Assembly: GCF_009914755.1 (NCBI RefSeq)
Contig: NC_060939.1
DNA from: the human T2T-CHM13v2.0 reference genome, Homo sapiens
Direction: 5' to 3' (one strand)
DNA: 64,000 bases
Part shown: in pieces, positions 17,601 to 35,151 of the stretch
Position numbering within the stretch: the first letter of the stretch is position 1
Layout: the number at the start of each line of letters is the position of its first letter
The notes under the pieces: generated by a model
Told to the model about the DNA's origin: nothing
Database searches by the model: none
Seen by the model: only the letters and a program-made list of their open reading frames with translations
Position numbers and translations under genes: made by a program

Positions 17601-18685
17601 GGCATCAGTAGAGGCCTAGCAGAGAGCTAGAACTGCCACCGCTACCCAGCTCCTCTTCCATATCAACAGAGGCCAGATGGGGAACCTGAACATCTATCCT
17701 CAATTGACACTAACAAAGCATCTTCTATCATAGTGGTATCACAAAACACCAACTAAAACTCAATACAATAAAAACTAATACAAAGAAAAAAACTTTTGAA
17801 AATAGTAAGCACGACAGAAATGACATCTTACCAATTAGGGATAAGAAACTAGAATGAAAGTAGATTTCTCACTAGAAATCATACAGGTGAGGAAGAAGTG
17901 ACACAACATTTTTCACGTGCTGAAAGAAAGCTTTCAAGCCAGAATTGAATATCCAGTGAAAATATTCTTCAGGAATGAAGGAGAAGCAGACCTACTCTAA
18001 AAGAAAGGATTTTTCAAAAAGTCTCTAAGAAAGAAAATTATAAAAGGAGGAATACTGGGATATCAGAAAGAAAAAGAAAGATAATAGAAATGGTAAAATT
18101 ATCAGAAAATATAATTTTTTTCCTCAAGTTTTCTAAATTATGTTTAATAAATGAAGCAAAAAATTGTAACACTGTCTAATGTGGTTCTAAATGCAGATAG
18201 AGGAAATAGTTACAACAACTAAAAAACTGGAAAGAGTAAAGGGACATAAAGGGAGAAAAAGTTTCTATTCCAAGAACTGGTAAAGCAATGGCACCAGCAG
18301 ACTGTGATAAGTTATATGTGTTTAATAGATTGCCTAGAGCAACCACTAAGAAAGCAATATAGGAGGTTCATTAAAAAACAACAATGGAATTCTTAGGAAA
18401 ATGTTCAAGTAACCCACAGGAAATCAGGAAAAATAAATAAAAAGCTGAGAGAATAAACAGAAAACAAAAAATAAAATAGCAGACTTAAGCCCTAACATAT
18501 CAATAATCACATTAAATGCAAATGGTCCAAATACAGCAATTAAAAGAAAGAGATTAACAGAGGGGATCAAGAAATGTGATCCAACTACACGCTATCTCCA
18601 AGAGACTCACTTCAAATATAATGTTATATACAGGTTGAAAGTAAAAGGATGGAAAAAGCTGTATCATGCAAACATAAAGAACTCA

Positions 18686-19005
<320 letters not shown>

Positions 19006-19025
19006 TTAATATCAGATAAAATAGA

Positions 19026-19418
19026 TGTATTAGTCCATTCTCACACTGCTATAAAGAACTACCCAAGACTGGATAACTTATAAAGAAAGAGGTTCAATTG
19101 GTTCACAGTTCTGCAGGCTGTACAGGCTTCTGCTTCTGGGAAGGTCTCAGGAAACTTACAATCATGGCCGAAGGTGATGGGGAGGCAGGCACATCTTTAC
19201 ACAGTCAGTGGGAGACAGAGTAAAGGGGGAGGTGCTACACACTTTCAAACAACCAGATCTCATGAGAACTCTATCATAAGACAGCACATGGGAGATGGTG
19301 CTAAACCATTACAAACCACCTTCATGATTCAATCACCTCCCACCAGGCCCCTCTTCCAACACTGGGGATTACAATTCGACATGAGATTTGGGTAAGGACA
19401 CAGAGTCAAACCATATCA
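19026..19418 (-). mobile_element. MSTA LTR
   Basis: tgtattagtccattctcac...caaaccatatca; TSD ATAGA. Confidence 0.9.
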
Positions 19419-21013
19419 ATAGACTTCAGAACAAAGAAAATTACCAGATACACAGAGAGGCATATATAGTGATAAAAGGGTCAATCAAATAAGAAGATAT
19501 AGTAATCCTAAATGTATATGCATCAAACAACAAAATGTGTGATGCGAAAACTTAGAATTGAAAGCAGAATTAGATAAATCCACAGTTATAGTTGGAGATG
19601 TCAACCACCCCTCTTTCAGCAACTGATAAAACTAGACAGAAAATCTACAAGGAAAGAGAAGAATTCCATAACACCATCAACCAACAATATCTAATTGACA
19701 TTTATAGAACATACCGCCCAGCAACAGGAGAATATACATTATTTTCAAATGCCCACAAGATATATATCAAGATAAAGTATATCTATGGCCATAAAATAGC
19801 CCTAATACATTTTTAAAAATTGAAATCATACAAAGTGTGTTCTCCAACCACAATGGAATCAAACTAGAAATTAGTAAAAGAAAGACAACAGAAAAATCTT
19901 CAAATATTTGAAAGCTAAACAACATATTTCTATATTATTCATGCGCTGAAAAGGTGTTTCAACATAAGTCAAAGAATATGTTGAACTTAACAAAAATGAA
20001 AATATGTACAACCTATCAAAATTTGTGGGACATAGCTAAAGCAGTGCTGAGAGAGAAATTTACACTACTAAAAGCTTATAATTAGGAATGAGAAAATGTC
20101 TCAGATAAGCTCCCAACTCAAAAACCTAAAAAAAGCAAAGTAAAAAAAAAAAAAACCTAAAAAAAAGAAAAAAAAGCAGAAGAGAGGAAATAATAAAGAG
20201 TAGAAATCAAGGAAATTTAAATCAGAAAAACAATAGATAAAAATCAGTGAAATAAAGAACTGGTCCTTTGAAAAGATCAATGAAATTGATAGGTCCCCTA
20301 GCAAGACTGACAAAGACAAAGAGAGAGAAGACACAGGCTACTAGTATCAGAAACAAAACGGGATAGCTATATGGATCCTGCAGACATCAAGAGCATAATA
20401 ACGAAATAACCATACACACATAAATTTGACTATTCCTTAAAAACATAAGCTACCACAGCTCACTCAATATGAAACAGATCATTTGAACAATCCTATCACT
20501 ATTAAGACAATTTAATATGTTAAACACTTCCCCCAAAAAGAAATCTCCAGGTCCAGATAGTGTTACTGGAGAATTCTACTAAACGTTTCAAGAAGAATTA
20601 ACACCAATTCCACATACTCTCTTCCAAAAAACAGAAGAGAAAGGAACACATCATTTTATTAAGCTAGTATAACACTGATACCAAAATCAAAGAAAGTACA
20701 AAAGAGTACAGACCAATATCCCTCATGAATAGTTACACAAAAAGTCTTAACGAAAGATTAGCTAATAGAATTCAACAATACTTTAAAATAATTATACACC
20801 ATTCCCAAGCCTGCTTTCAACATTTGAAAATCAATCAATATAATCTACTCTATTAACACACTAAAGAAGAAAATCACAATTAGGTCAATCAATGAAGAAG
20901 AAGCACATGACAAATTTTAACACCTATTCATACAAAAACTCAGAAAAATGGGAAGAGAGGGAAACTTCCTAAACGTGATAAACATTTACAGAACACCAAT
21001 AGCTAACATTATA

Positions 21014-21587
21014 CGGTCAGGCATCACTTAATGACAGAGATTCATTCTGAGAAAGGTGTCAATAGGTAATTTCATCACTGTGTAACATTACAGAGTATAC
21101 TTGCACAAACCTAGATGGCACAGTCTACTACACAACTCGGCTATATGATATAGCCTATTGCCCCTAGGCTACAAACCTGTACAGGATGTCACTGTACTGA
21201 ATACTGAAGGCAATTGTAAATATTTGCATGTCTAAACATGGAAAAGGTATGGTAAAAATATGGTATAAAAGATTTTTAAAATGGTACACTTGTATAGGGC
21301 ACTTACCCTGAATGGAGTCTGCAGGACTAGAAGTTTCTCTGGGTGAGTCAGTAGGTAAGCAGTGAGTGAATGTGAAGGCCTAAGACATGATGCTTATTGT
21401 AGACTTTACAAACATTATATACTTGGGCTACACTAAATTTATTTTAAAAACAAAGTGAGTGATTGCACTATGGCATTACAATGACTACAATGTCACTAGG
21501 GATTAAAAATTTTTCAGCTATCATCTAAAGGGGCCACCATCATATATGTGGTCCATCGCTGACTGAGCTTTGCTAAGCACATGACTA
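21014..21587 (-). mobile_element. Tigger3 (about 0.6 kb variant) DNA transposon inserted in L1 ORF2
   Basis: Termini resemble cagtcatg...catgactg; flanking TA dinucleotides; L1 ORF2 resumes on the other side (gctaacattata|cttgatggtgaaagactg). Confidence 0.85.
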
Positions 21588-22922
21588 TACTTGATGGTGA
21601 AAGACTGAATGCTTTCTCCCCAGGACTGGGAACAATTCAAGGATATCCATTACCAATACCCTTTTTCAAAATAATGCTAGAAGTTCCACATACATATGGT
21701 ATGATTCTAACCATATAACATTCTTGCAAAGACAAAAATCATAGAAATGGAGAACAGATTGGTGGTTGCTAGGGGTTAAGGAGAGGGTTAAAGAGAGGGT
21801 AGTGTGGAAGGGAAGTAGGTGTGGTTATAAAAGGGCAACAGAAGGCTCCTTGTGGTGATGGAAACATCTGTGTCTTGACCTATCAATGTCAATATCCTGG
21901 CTGTGATATTGTACTACAATAATGCAAAATGTTACCATCGGGGGACATTGGGTTAAGAGTACATGGGATCTGTACTATTTCTTACATCTGCATGTCAATC
22001 TATAGTTAGCTCAAAATAAAATGTTTAATTTAAAAATAAAAAAATCATCCTGTCAGCTGTGGGGAGAATGAATGATTAAAAAAACAAAAAAACAAAAAAC
22101 AATAGTGGCAAAAGAAAGACCTATTAGGAAAACACGAAGTTATCCAGGCAAGAGATGACCATGCTAGAACTAACATGCTGGAAGTTGAAAAAAGAAGAAG
22201 TAGATACGGGACATATAGTGAGGCAGAATCAACAATGTTTGTTGATAAATTAGCTGTGAAGAACGAAAGACAAAGTTGAAAATGACCTCTACGTTTCTTA
22301 CTTGAACAACTGTCAGACAGATAATGCCATCATTTACTGAGATAAGGACAATTTTGTTCTACAGAAACATTTGAGATTTAAGATTTAAAACATTTGGGAT
22401 TGTTCAATTAGTTTATCCTCTTCTTTAAAAACATTCAAAATTTGGATGTAACTCATTGCCCCTACACATGAAGAGCTTTCAAGGTTTCACACAGGCTACA
22501 GTACTTTGAATAAAATCTATGAAGAAAACATAAGCCTAAAAAGTCCAAAAACAAGAAAGTACTGCTGAGTCACAAACTCTCAATTCCATCATTTTTTCAA
22601 GAATTTTAATACCAGAGCAAGATGGGGTTGCTTACCCTGAAGCTGTCAACAAACTGTCTACTTGAAATATTTTTTTCCACTCAAACTGATGTTCTCATGT
22701 AGGTGTTTTCTTCCTGAGGTCAGACAAGGGTGCTTCACCTAGTTAGACATCACTGAATGACCTTAGAAAACTTATTTGCCCTGAGACACATGATGAGGGT
22801 CTGGCGCTTAAATGAACACATCCAGAACTCAGTCTTTTCTGTTAAGGCAATGCTTGGTTCTCATCCATTAACATCAACTCTTGTTTTCCTCACAAATGCG
22901 AGTCAGTGGGCTGCAGCCCCTG

Positions 22923-22936
22923 GTTGTCATAGCAAC
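22923..22936. promoter_or_regulatory. RFX X-box
   Basis: GTTGTCATAGCAAC fits the near-palindromic RFX consensus GTTGYCATRGCAAC and lies in unique sequence. Confidence 0.6.
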
Positions 22937-24089
22937 TGCAATTTCACGCACCAAAATGGTTTTCTCAGAACACAGACTTCGAGTAGCACTTTTTTTCCCA
23001 ACATATATTTTAGCACATGAAGAATTTGTTGCCATTTCCAGTCATCTCTTTTGTCTGAGATATGTTTTGTTTATATAACGTCATAGTGACTAAAGACCAA
23101 GACCAAAAAAAGATTTCCAGCTTTGTCCCTTAATTAGACCTTTGATTGTAAGTGCTTCCTTGGCTGCTATCAGCTCCTGAACAGTCTGCTTTTGGTATTG
23201 TGCCCCAGGAGTATCATAAAGACATGTAATCAGATTCAGCCCACAAGGCAACAATAACCTACTAAAATATCCTGAAGGAAAGGTCCTACATATCCCTTTC
23301 TTTCACGGTCTTATTCTTCTGGTCTAGTGTTTCCTGCTGGCCCAGAAAAGAAAAAAAGAATGATGAATTTTCTCAATTGTAATATTATGAGAAACAGGGA
23401 AAAAATCATGAAGGCAGTGATTTGTTGTTTGAGGGGTTTCCAAATGGCCTTAGAGTGCACCTACACTACCACTCCCTCTATCTCACCCATGACAAACACT
23501 GAAAATCTACAACAGCCCTCTTTCCCTCTGAGCCCAGTATAAGACCTCAGAATCTTTCTCAACACAACATTCCAGACATGGGCAATTTGCCATCTGGGTA
23601 CTAGAATCTTAGCTAGTGTTTCAAAATGTCAAGTTCAGCACTCTGTTTAACTGTAGGAGTCAAAAACTAATCCTTACACAAGAGCTAAGATTTTGCAAAA
23701 CAATCTGAAAACGAGTCTGAATAACTCACTTGCAAAGTGAACTAGTCCACACCCATCAACTCAGGCAGTTAAAATATGATGCAAATGCAAAGTCATAGAG
23801 GAATCCCAGATGGGTCTCTTAGCCTTTCTCTCTTGCCCAAACACTGCTGTATTCTTAGCCTAACCAGCTATGCCACAAGTATATACTACATCAGACATTT
23901 TTAAGTGTCAGATTTTAAAAGCATGTATGAATATCAGCTCAAAACTATCATTACTAACAGAAAAGCAACTTAGGGCACATATTTAAATATAAACCCATTA
24001 GGAACACAGTTTGTGTGTCTTACTTACCATTATATCCACAATGTCTAGAGTAATATTTGGCACATAATAGGCACTCAAAAAGTTCTTGT

Positions 24090-24812
24090 TACCTTCACAC
24101 CCATTAGGATAACTACTATTAAAAAATATAAAAACAGAAAATAACAAGGTGAGGATGTGAAGAAATTGGAACTCTTGTACACTCTTGATAACAATGTAAA
24201 ATAGTATCGCTGCTATGGAAAACAGTATGGAGGTTCCTCAAAAAATTAAAAAATAGAACCATTATATAATCCAGCAATCTAATTTTTGGGTACATATACA
24301 AAAGAACTGAAATCTGAATCTTGAAGAGATATTTGCATACTCATGGTCATTGCAGCATTGTTCATAATAGCCAAGAGGTGGAAGCAACCTAAACATCCAT
24401 CAACAGATGAATGGATAAAGAAAACATGATATATACATACAGTGGAAAGTTATTCAACCTTAAGAAAAGAAATTCTGACATATATTAAAACATAGATGAA
24501 CCTTGAGGACATTATACCAAGTGAAATCAGCCAGTCACAAAAAGACAAATATGATTCCACTTATATGAGATATCTAAAGTAGTCAAATTCATAGAGACAG
24601 AAAGTAGATTGGTGGTTTCCAGGAGCTGGGGAAGGAGGAAAAGGGGAGTTGCTGTTCAATGGATGTAGAGTTGCAGTTTCGCAAGACGAAAAGTTCTGGA
24701 GATTAGCTGCACAACAATGCGCATATAGTTAACACTACTGAGCTATACACTTGAAATGGTTAAGATGGTAACTTTTATGTTATATTTTAACATAATTTTT
24801 TAAAATACCTAT
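24090..24812 (+). mobile_element. L1MB 3' fragment
   Basis: cttcacacccattagga...gaaatggttaagatggtaa. Confidence 0.85.
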
Positions 24813-24850
24813 TAAATCAATGAACAGAAAGATTTCTTTCTCCTCTAGAA

Positions 24851-25072
24851 TAGTGGCTCTCAATCAGAAGTGATTTTGTCCCCCTGGGAACATTTGGCAA
24901 TGTAAGGAGACATTTTTGGTTGTCATAGCTGGGAGCAGGAGTGCTACTTGCACCTAGAAGACAGAGGCCAGGGATGCTATTATAAACATCCTCACAAAGC
25001 ACAAGACATCCCCCAACAACAAAAAATTATCTGGTCCCAGAATGTCAATAGTGTCAGGTTGTTAAATCCTGC
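24851..25072. mobile_element. MER20 hAT-Charlie element
   Basis: tagtggctctcaa...gatttttgtcccc-like start; acatttggcaatg...agaggccagggatgct motifs. Confidence 0.85.
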
Positions 25073-25979
25073 TCAAGAGTTTTCTGTTCAATAAGAGTAT
25101 ATAAAATGCATAGCTCAGAGCCTTAAAAATGTTAGCCTTACAATTATCATCATCATAATTATTATTATTATTATTTAACTCTAGGTGAAGACTGAAGTTT
25201 TTATTTCCTTAACTTGTATTTGACACAGTAAACTGAGGTCAAGTTGCCTACAAAATGAGTCTACTATACATCCTTCCATATTTGCCACCAGGAAACTATT
25301 GAGGGAAAGGGAGGGAGAGTCTGTAATACATTCAAAAGTCTGATGCTTCTGACTAACCCAATCTCAGAGCACTGCCCAGAGCAAGACTTTCCTGAGTTGC
25401 TCAGGAAAGCAGACAATAAGGATCCCCAGACAATAAGGTTCTCCCAAGGCAATCAGGACCTGTGATGTAAACTCTAGCCCAAAAGAAAATCTCAGATGTC
25501 TTCTCATTCCAGTGTCTCTTTCCAAAGATTAGGCAATTTGTTTGAGGTTTGAATCAGCTCCTTTAGATGATTATATAACCAAAATGGTGTCCAGGGCCTC
25601 TCTAATACTATATCATAAGGAGTGGAAATTTCCTTGAACCCCTTACTTTTATGGTGTAGAAAACTCCAAAGTATTACCTAAGACTTCTATGAATCATGTC
25701 CTATGAATTTAGAATCTCAGGGTCTGTAGCCATTTGTGCTCACTCTATCTTGTTCCCTGACATAGTCTTAGTTTCTCTTTACTGATCTCCAATAAAACAA
25801 AATAAAATAATAACAAAAATCTAGCCCATACCAAGAGTTCTGTGATTTGGGGTTACTTCTCTGAAATCTTGGTAGGGAGCATAGAAATCAGTCACATAGA
25901 GGAAGACTCAACAGTGTCTCCTGTTGTGGTCATTCTCCCCTCTCCTCCCTTGGTTCCCCTCCCACTCAGAAGTAAATCA

Positions 25980-26291
25980 AGCCAGGCACAGTGGCTCATA
26001 CCTGTAATCCAAACACCTTGGGAGCCTGCGGTGGGAGGATCACTTGAGGCCAATAGTTCAAGACCAGCCTGGGAAACATAGTAAGACATCCCCCCACCAC
26101 ACCCCTAGTCTCTAAAAAAATAATAATTAGCTGGGTGTGGTGGTGCACACCGGTGATCCCAGCTACTTGGGAGGCTGAGGTGAGAGAATCACCTGAGCCA
26201 AGGAGTTCAAGGCTGCAGTCAGCTATGATCATGCCCCTGCACTCCAGCCTGGGTAACAGAGTGAGACCCTGTCTCAAAAAAAAAAAAAAAA
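25980..26291 (+). mobile_element. AluJ SINE
   Basis: Dimeric Alu with J-type diagnostics (gaggatcacttgag, ggctgcagtcagctatgatc). Confidence 0.9.
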
Positions 26292-27569
26292 GTAATTCAT
26301 TCTCTCCTTGGAAACCTTGAAACTTGTCCCAAAGGGTCTTATTATGCCAACTCATCAAAGAACTCTCTTAACAAAGATGAGTCTTTCCCAGAAGGAATTT
26401 TCATAGTACCTGCTAAAAGAATACTATTTTCTCCATGTATTACAATGACAAAGTACATCGCCAATGCTATTTTACTCCAAAACTCCAAAACTATGCATGA
26501 AGAACCTTCCAATAAAGAAGCCACATTCCCCATTTTACTCTTTCCCCAATTTCGTCTTGTGTGTCCCAACTATAGTGAAGGCATGAGGAATTCAAATAAG
26601 CCCTGGTCCTATTTCTCGTCAATTCACAGCCCACCTAAAATGCTACACTATGTTTAGGAATAATTGCAGAGCTTAGAGATCATGTATTTCCCAAGCATCC
26701 CCTGCCACTAGTGTACAGAGGCGTGATTTCCTCTTCCTGTGGGAAGAGTGGAGCCTCTGGTGAGCACAGCAGCAGGAGTTTTGGTTCTCGCAAGCAGCTG
26801 TGGCAGAATTTCTGGCATCCAAGCCCCAGCATTATAAAGGCCACTAGAATAGTGTGGCTGGGGATTTTCTGGGCTGCACTTTTGGCTGTATTGTTTCTGT
26901 TTAGTAACTCAGTTGAGTTATGTGGCCATCTCTAAGATTCTGTGAGTTGCCAAATATCCTCTAATAAAATACCCATCAGCTGAGCAAAGTGGATTCTGCT
27001 GTTTGCAACCAAAAACTCTGATCAAATAAAGACAGTTAAGTTTGGGGAGGAAGTACCTGGATTATCCAGGAAATTAACAGCAATAACACAGTAACACTTA
27101 CTAAACTTACTAAGACTGCAGTGCTATGTTCTAACCACCTTACATATGTAAATTCATTTAACCTCAAAACAACCATAAGAGTAGATATCATTATTCATTG
27201 CATTTTAAGATGCCGAAACAAATTCAGAAAAATATATCACTTGACCAATATCACCTAGCTAGTAAGTGAAGGAGACAAGATTCAAACCCAGGCAATTGAT
27301 TCCAGAACCATGCTCAAAACGACAGCAGTATGCCACCTCTCTGGTCAACATCTGGACATGGAGGCATGCCCAATCTAAAGGGTCTGGAATTAAAGTTCCT
27401 CAAAACATACTGTGCAGGCCAAACAAAGCACATTCTGACAATCCTATCCAAAATAGCCACACACCTTTACCATACGCTGCTTTGTTTTCTTCACAACACT
27501 CACTACTTTCCTCAATTATGTCATTTATTTGCTTACTGTCTATCCCTCATACAAATATAATCTTTAGAC

Positions 27570-28045
27570 AGTATATTAGTTATCTATTGCTGCATAACAA
27601 ATTACATCAAAACTTGGCAGCTTCAAACAACAACTATGTATGATGGGTAAGTCAGGAATACAAGAGTAGTTGGGCTGGTGGTCTGGCTCAGCGTCTCTCA
27701 GGAGACTATGGTCAAGCTATGGGGCATGGCTGCAGTCATCTGAAGGTTAACGGGCTGGAGGATGCTCTGTTCACCCACATGGCTGTTGGCAAGATGCCTC
27801 AGTTCCTGCCAGGTGAACCTTTTCACAGGGCTGTCTGAACACATGGCAGCTGACTTCTCCCAGAGACACTGATCCAAGAAAAGGCAAGATAATAATGCCG
27901 CAATGTCTTTTAAGACCTAGTCTCCAAGTCACATACTGCCTTATTCTATTGATTAGAAGTGGGTCACTAAGTCTAATCACACTCAATGGGATGAATACAT
28001 TGGAGATGGGCGGATTGGAAGCCATCTTGGAGACTGGCTACCAAA
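27570..28045 (-). mobile_element. Old MLT1 (F/H-like) LTR
   Basis: tattagttatctattgctgcataacaaattac... Confidence 0.7.
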
Positions 28046-28084
28046 CATGGACTATGACTTGTTCATTGTTAGATCTGCAATATC

Positions 28085-28292
28085 TAGTACTCAGTAGGTG
28101 TTCCATATGTATTTATTGAGTTTTTGGAAGATTCCAGTACACAGTAGGCATTCCATATGTATTTATTGGTTGAGTTTGGGGAAGATTCCGGTGCACAGTA
28201 GGCATTCCATATGTCTTTACTGGTTGAGTTTGGGGAAGATTCCAGTGCACAGTAGGCATTCCATATATATTTATTGGTTGAGTTTGGGGAAA
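28085..28292. repeat. 54-bp minisatellite, about 3.8 copies
   Basis: Unit cagtaggcattccatatgtatttattggttgagtttggggaagattccggtgca starts at 28142, 28196 and 28250, with a 50-bp degenerate copy at 28092. Confidence 0.95.
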
Positions 28293-28619
28293 GCTGTCTA
28301 ACTGTATATAGCTCACATAGATGTGAAATAAGCAGCATATGCAAGTAAGCAAAGCCATGGGTGTGTATGAGATAATCCAGAAAAAGGTAGGATAAAAAGG
28401 AGCAGTGGACAAAATCTTGATGAATGTCAAAGTCCATGAATGTTCAGAGAGGGAATTTAGGTTGGCTTCCTGTTCTGGCAGCAGGGCAAACTCATTAACC
28501 CAACCCTTACTTCCCCCTGCCCCAAATACAAACATACACAAATGACACAATAAAAAATAATAATACTGAATCACTGAGCCTGAAAGAAAACAAAAGTGAA
28601 AGCCTTAAAAAGGAAATAC

Positions 28620-29242
<623 letters not shown>

Positions 29243-29658
29243 CTAAGCCAGTACTGAAATCTCCAGCTCTACACAGGCCATAAGACCTGGGGGCCAGGGT
29301 TTTCATGCTTATGTGGAGGAAGAGCAAATCTGGGAGCTGGAAATGAGACACCTGGATGAAGCTATGACCCAAGCAAGGTTGACCAGTCTGAAAAGGGAAC
29401 TAGAAAAACGGTGCTTACTGGCAGAAAAAAAGCAAGCAAGAAGACAGAAGGTCTGGGTAGGAAGAGAAATTCTGTTAGAAATAAAATCCAATATTGCACC
29501 AAGCATAATATGGGAATCCCAAATCAAGAAATATAAAATTTAGTCCTGAATTTGTGGAATCCCTGAGGCTTTGGCAGAAATGAATACAAAACTGTTCTAT
29601 GAAAGATTGCAACTCAGAATGCACTGAATTCCTACAGAAAAAAAAAATACCATTGAAG

Positions 29659-30272
<614 letters not shown>

Positions 30273-30504
30273 CAAAATACAAATTTTGTGAGAAAACAAA
30301 TCATCATGAGAATCAGCAGACACAAGAAATGTGAAAACTGGCACCCAAAAACTAGGATAGAAAAATCTTTAAAAGATTATAAAATGAGTATATTTAAAAT
30401 GATCAAAGATGTTTAAGAAAGAATAGAATCGTAATATAGGAATGAACACTGAAAAAAGGTATATCTGAGGAAAAAGTAACATGTATGTATATACGTTATA
30501 TGTA

Positions 30505-31210
30505 TATCCAGAATATATAAAAAATTCCTAACAACACAACAACAAAAATAACCTGATTAAAAAAAGGAAAAGGACTTGTGTAGACATTTCTCCAAAGAGG
30601 ATATACAAATGGCTAACAAGCATATAAAAAGATGTCCAACACCACTAATCATCAGAGAATTGCAAATTAAAACCATAATGAGCTATCACCTCATGTCCAT
30701 TAGGATGGCCACTGTGAAAAAAAAAAAAAACAAAACAAAAATAAAGTATTGGCAAGGATGCAGAGAAATTGGAACCTTTGTGCACTGTTGGTGGGAATGT
30801 AAAATGGTGCAAGCTGCTATGGAAAACAGTATGAAGATTTCTCAAAAAATTAAAAGTAGAGCTACCATATGATCTAGCAATCCCACAACATGGATCAACC
30901 TTGAAGATATTATACCAAGTAAAATCGGCCAGTCACACAAAGGCAAATACTGTATGATCCCACTTATATGAGGTACCTAAAGTAGTCAAATTCGTAGAGA
31001 CAGAAAGTAGATGGGTGGTTAACGGCGGCTGGGGTGAGGGAGAAAAGGGGAGTTGTTTAATGGGTGTAGAGTTTCAGTTTTGCAAGATGAAGAGTTATGG
31101 AGACTGGCTGTACAACAATGTGCATATAATTAACACTACTGAACTACATACTTAAAAATGGTTAAGATGGTAAATATGTGGCATGTGTTTTTTTTGCCAC
31201 AATAAAAAAG
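30505..31210 (+). mobile_element. L1MB 3' fragment with internal deletion
   Basis: ORF2 C-terminal peptide [18 protein letters not shown] in the ORF track, plus L1MB 3' UTR. Confidence 0.85.
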
Positions 31211-31601
31211 GCTTAAATCAAAAAAAAAAAAGCCATTGTTACTTCTTCAAATTACAGAAATTATTCAAACTCAACATATAGGCCACTTGTATTAATTCCT
31301 TGGCCCTCAGATTTCAAGGTGATAATCTACTGAAAACAATACTAGAGTAATAAAAAAAGTCTATCCATATGAATGAATTAACAATGGTGTGAATACATGC
31401 TTTTCATTAGTGGATGAGAGGATGGGCAATGCAAAGAATGTAGACAGAGGATTTTTAAATAAATGTTTCAAGTCCTGGTAAAGGCCGGGGTTCAGGCTGA
31501 TGAGCTTCAGGCTATCCTTAGCCAAGAAACAGCTTCTCTAGCATCATCGATGCTGGGAAAAAGCACATTCCTCCCCTGCCCAGGGCACTGGAAGTGCATA
31601 C

Positions 31602-33645
<2,044 letters not shown>

Positions 33646-33747
33646 CTACAGAGGTGAAAATCATACAGATTCTAAGAATCCTTTCCAAAAGTCAGTGGAC
33701 CACTACAGTTAGTTTCAGGTCACACACTTGCAACAATTCTATAAATA

Positions 33748-35151
33748 CAGTCATGTGCCAAATAAACATGTTTTGGTCAATGACAGACTGAATATACAAT
33801 GGTGGTCCCATAAGGTTATAATAGAGCTAAAAAAATGTCTATCACCTAGTGGTCTAGTGACATCACAGCCATCTTAAAGTCATAGCACAATGCATTATTC
33901 ATGTGTTTGTGGTGATGCTGGTGTGAACAAACCTGCACTGCCATTCATATAGAAGTATAACAGGTACAATTATGCACAGTACATAATACTTGATAATGAA
34001 AATAAACTACTATGGTACTTTTTGCTTATGTATTTACCACATTATACTTTTAATCTTTATTTTAGAGTGTATCTCATATATATATATACTAAAATAACCA
34101 CAGGCAGGTTCTATAGGAAGTATTCCAGAAGAAGGCACCATTATCTTGGAGATGACAGCTCCTTGCCTGTTATTGCCCCTGAAGACCTTCCTATGGGACA
34201 AGATGTGGTGGTAGAAGAGAGTGATATTGATGATCTTGATTCTGTGTAGGCCTAACTAATGTGTGTGTTTATGTCTTAGTTTTTCTTTTTTTTTTTTTTC
34301 TTTTTTTGAGACAGAGTCTCGCTCTGTTGCCCAGAAGTGCAGTGGTGCGATCTCGGCTCACTGCAAGCTCCGACTCCTGGGTTCATGCCATTCTCCTGGG
34401 TTCATGCCATTCTCCTGCCTCAGCCTCTGGAGTAGCTGGGACTACAGGTGCACATCACCACGCCTGGCTAATTTTTTTTTGTATTTTTAGTAGAGATGGG
34501 GTTTCACCGTGTTAGCCAGGATAGTCTTGATCTCCTGTATGTCTTAGTTTTTAACAAAAAGTTTAAAAGTTTAAAAAATAAAAATTTTTAAAATAATTTT
34601 TTCTATTTAAAATAGAATATAGAATAACGATATAAAGAAAAAATTTGTACAGCTATACAATGTGTTTTAAGCTAAGTGTTATTACAAAAGAATCCAAAAG
34701 CTTTAAAGCATTTAAAAGTTTGTAAGGTTAAAAAGCCACAGTAAGCTAAGGTTAATTTATTAATTTATTATTAAAAGAAAGAACATTTCAAAAATAAATT
34801 TAGCATAGCCTAAGTGTACAGTCTTTATAAAGTCTATAGTAGTGTAGAGTAATGTCCTGGGCCTTCACACTCACCAACTCACACAGAGAAATTTCCAGTC
34901 CTGCAAGCTCCATTCATGTTAAGTACTCTATACAAGTGTACCATTTTTTATCTTTTAAACTGTAATTTTACTCTACCTTTTTATGTTAGATACACAAATA
35001 CTTAACCACTGTGTAATAATCTAGCCTAGGTACGTAGCAGGCTGTACCATCTAGGTTTTTTAAGTACACTCTATGGTGTTAACACAGTGATGAAATCGCC
35101 TAATGACACATTTATCAAAATGTATCCCCATGGTTAAGCAAAGCATGACTA
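33748..35151 (+). mobile_element. Tigger3b DNA transposon, interrupted by an AluY
   Basis: Starts ta|cagtcatgtgcc, ends aagcatgact; about 1.14 kb excluding the Alu. Confidence 0.88.
34285..34537 (-). mobile_element. 5'-truncated AluY with an internal 19-bp tandem duplication
   Basis: 15-bp TSD tatgtcttagttttt at 34270-34284 and 34538-34552. Confidence 0.93.

Noticed and set aside
28084-28574. Repetitive ORFs and CRISPR-like periodicity
   Set aside because: A 54-bp head-to-tail tandem repeat with no unique spacers, in eukaryotic DNA
29313-29543. 76-aa ORF that looks like a coiled coil ([17 protein letters not shown]...)
   Set aside because: Lies within the L1ME-like 5' region between Alus, starts at GTG, and has no convincing splice context
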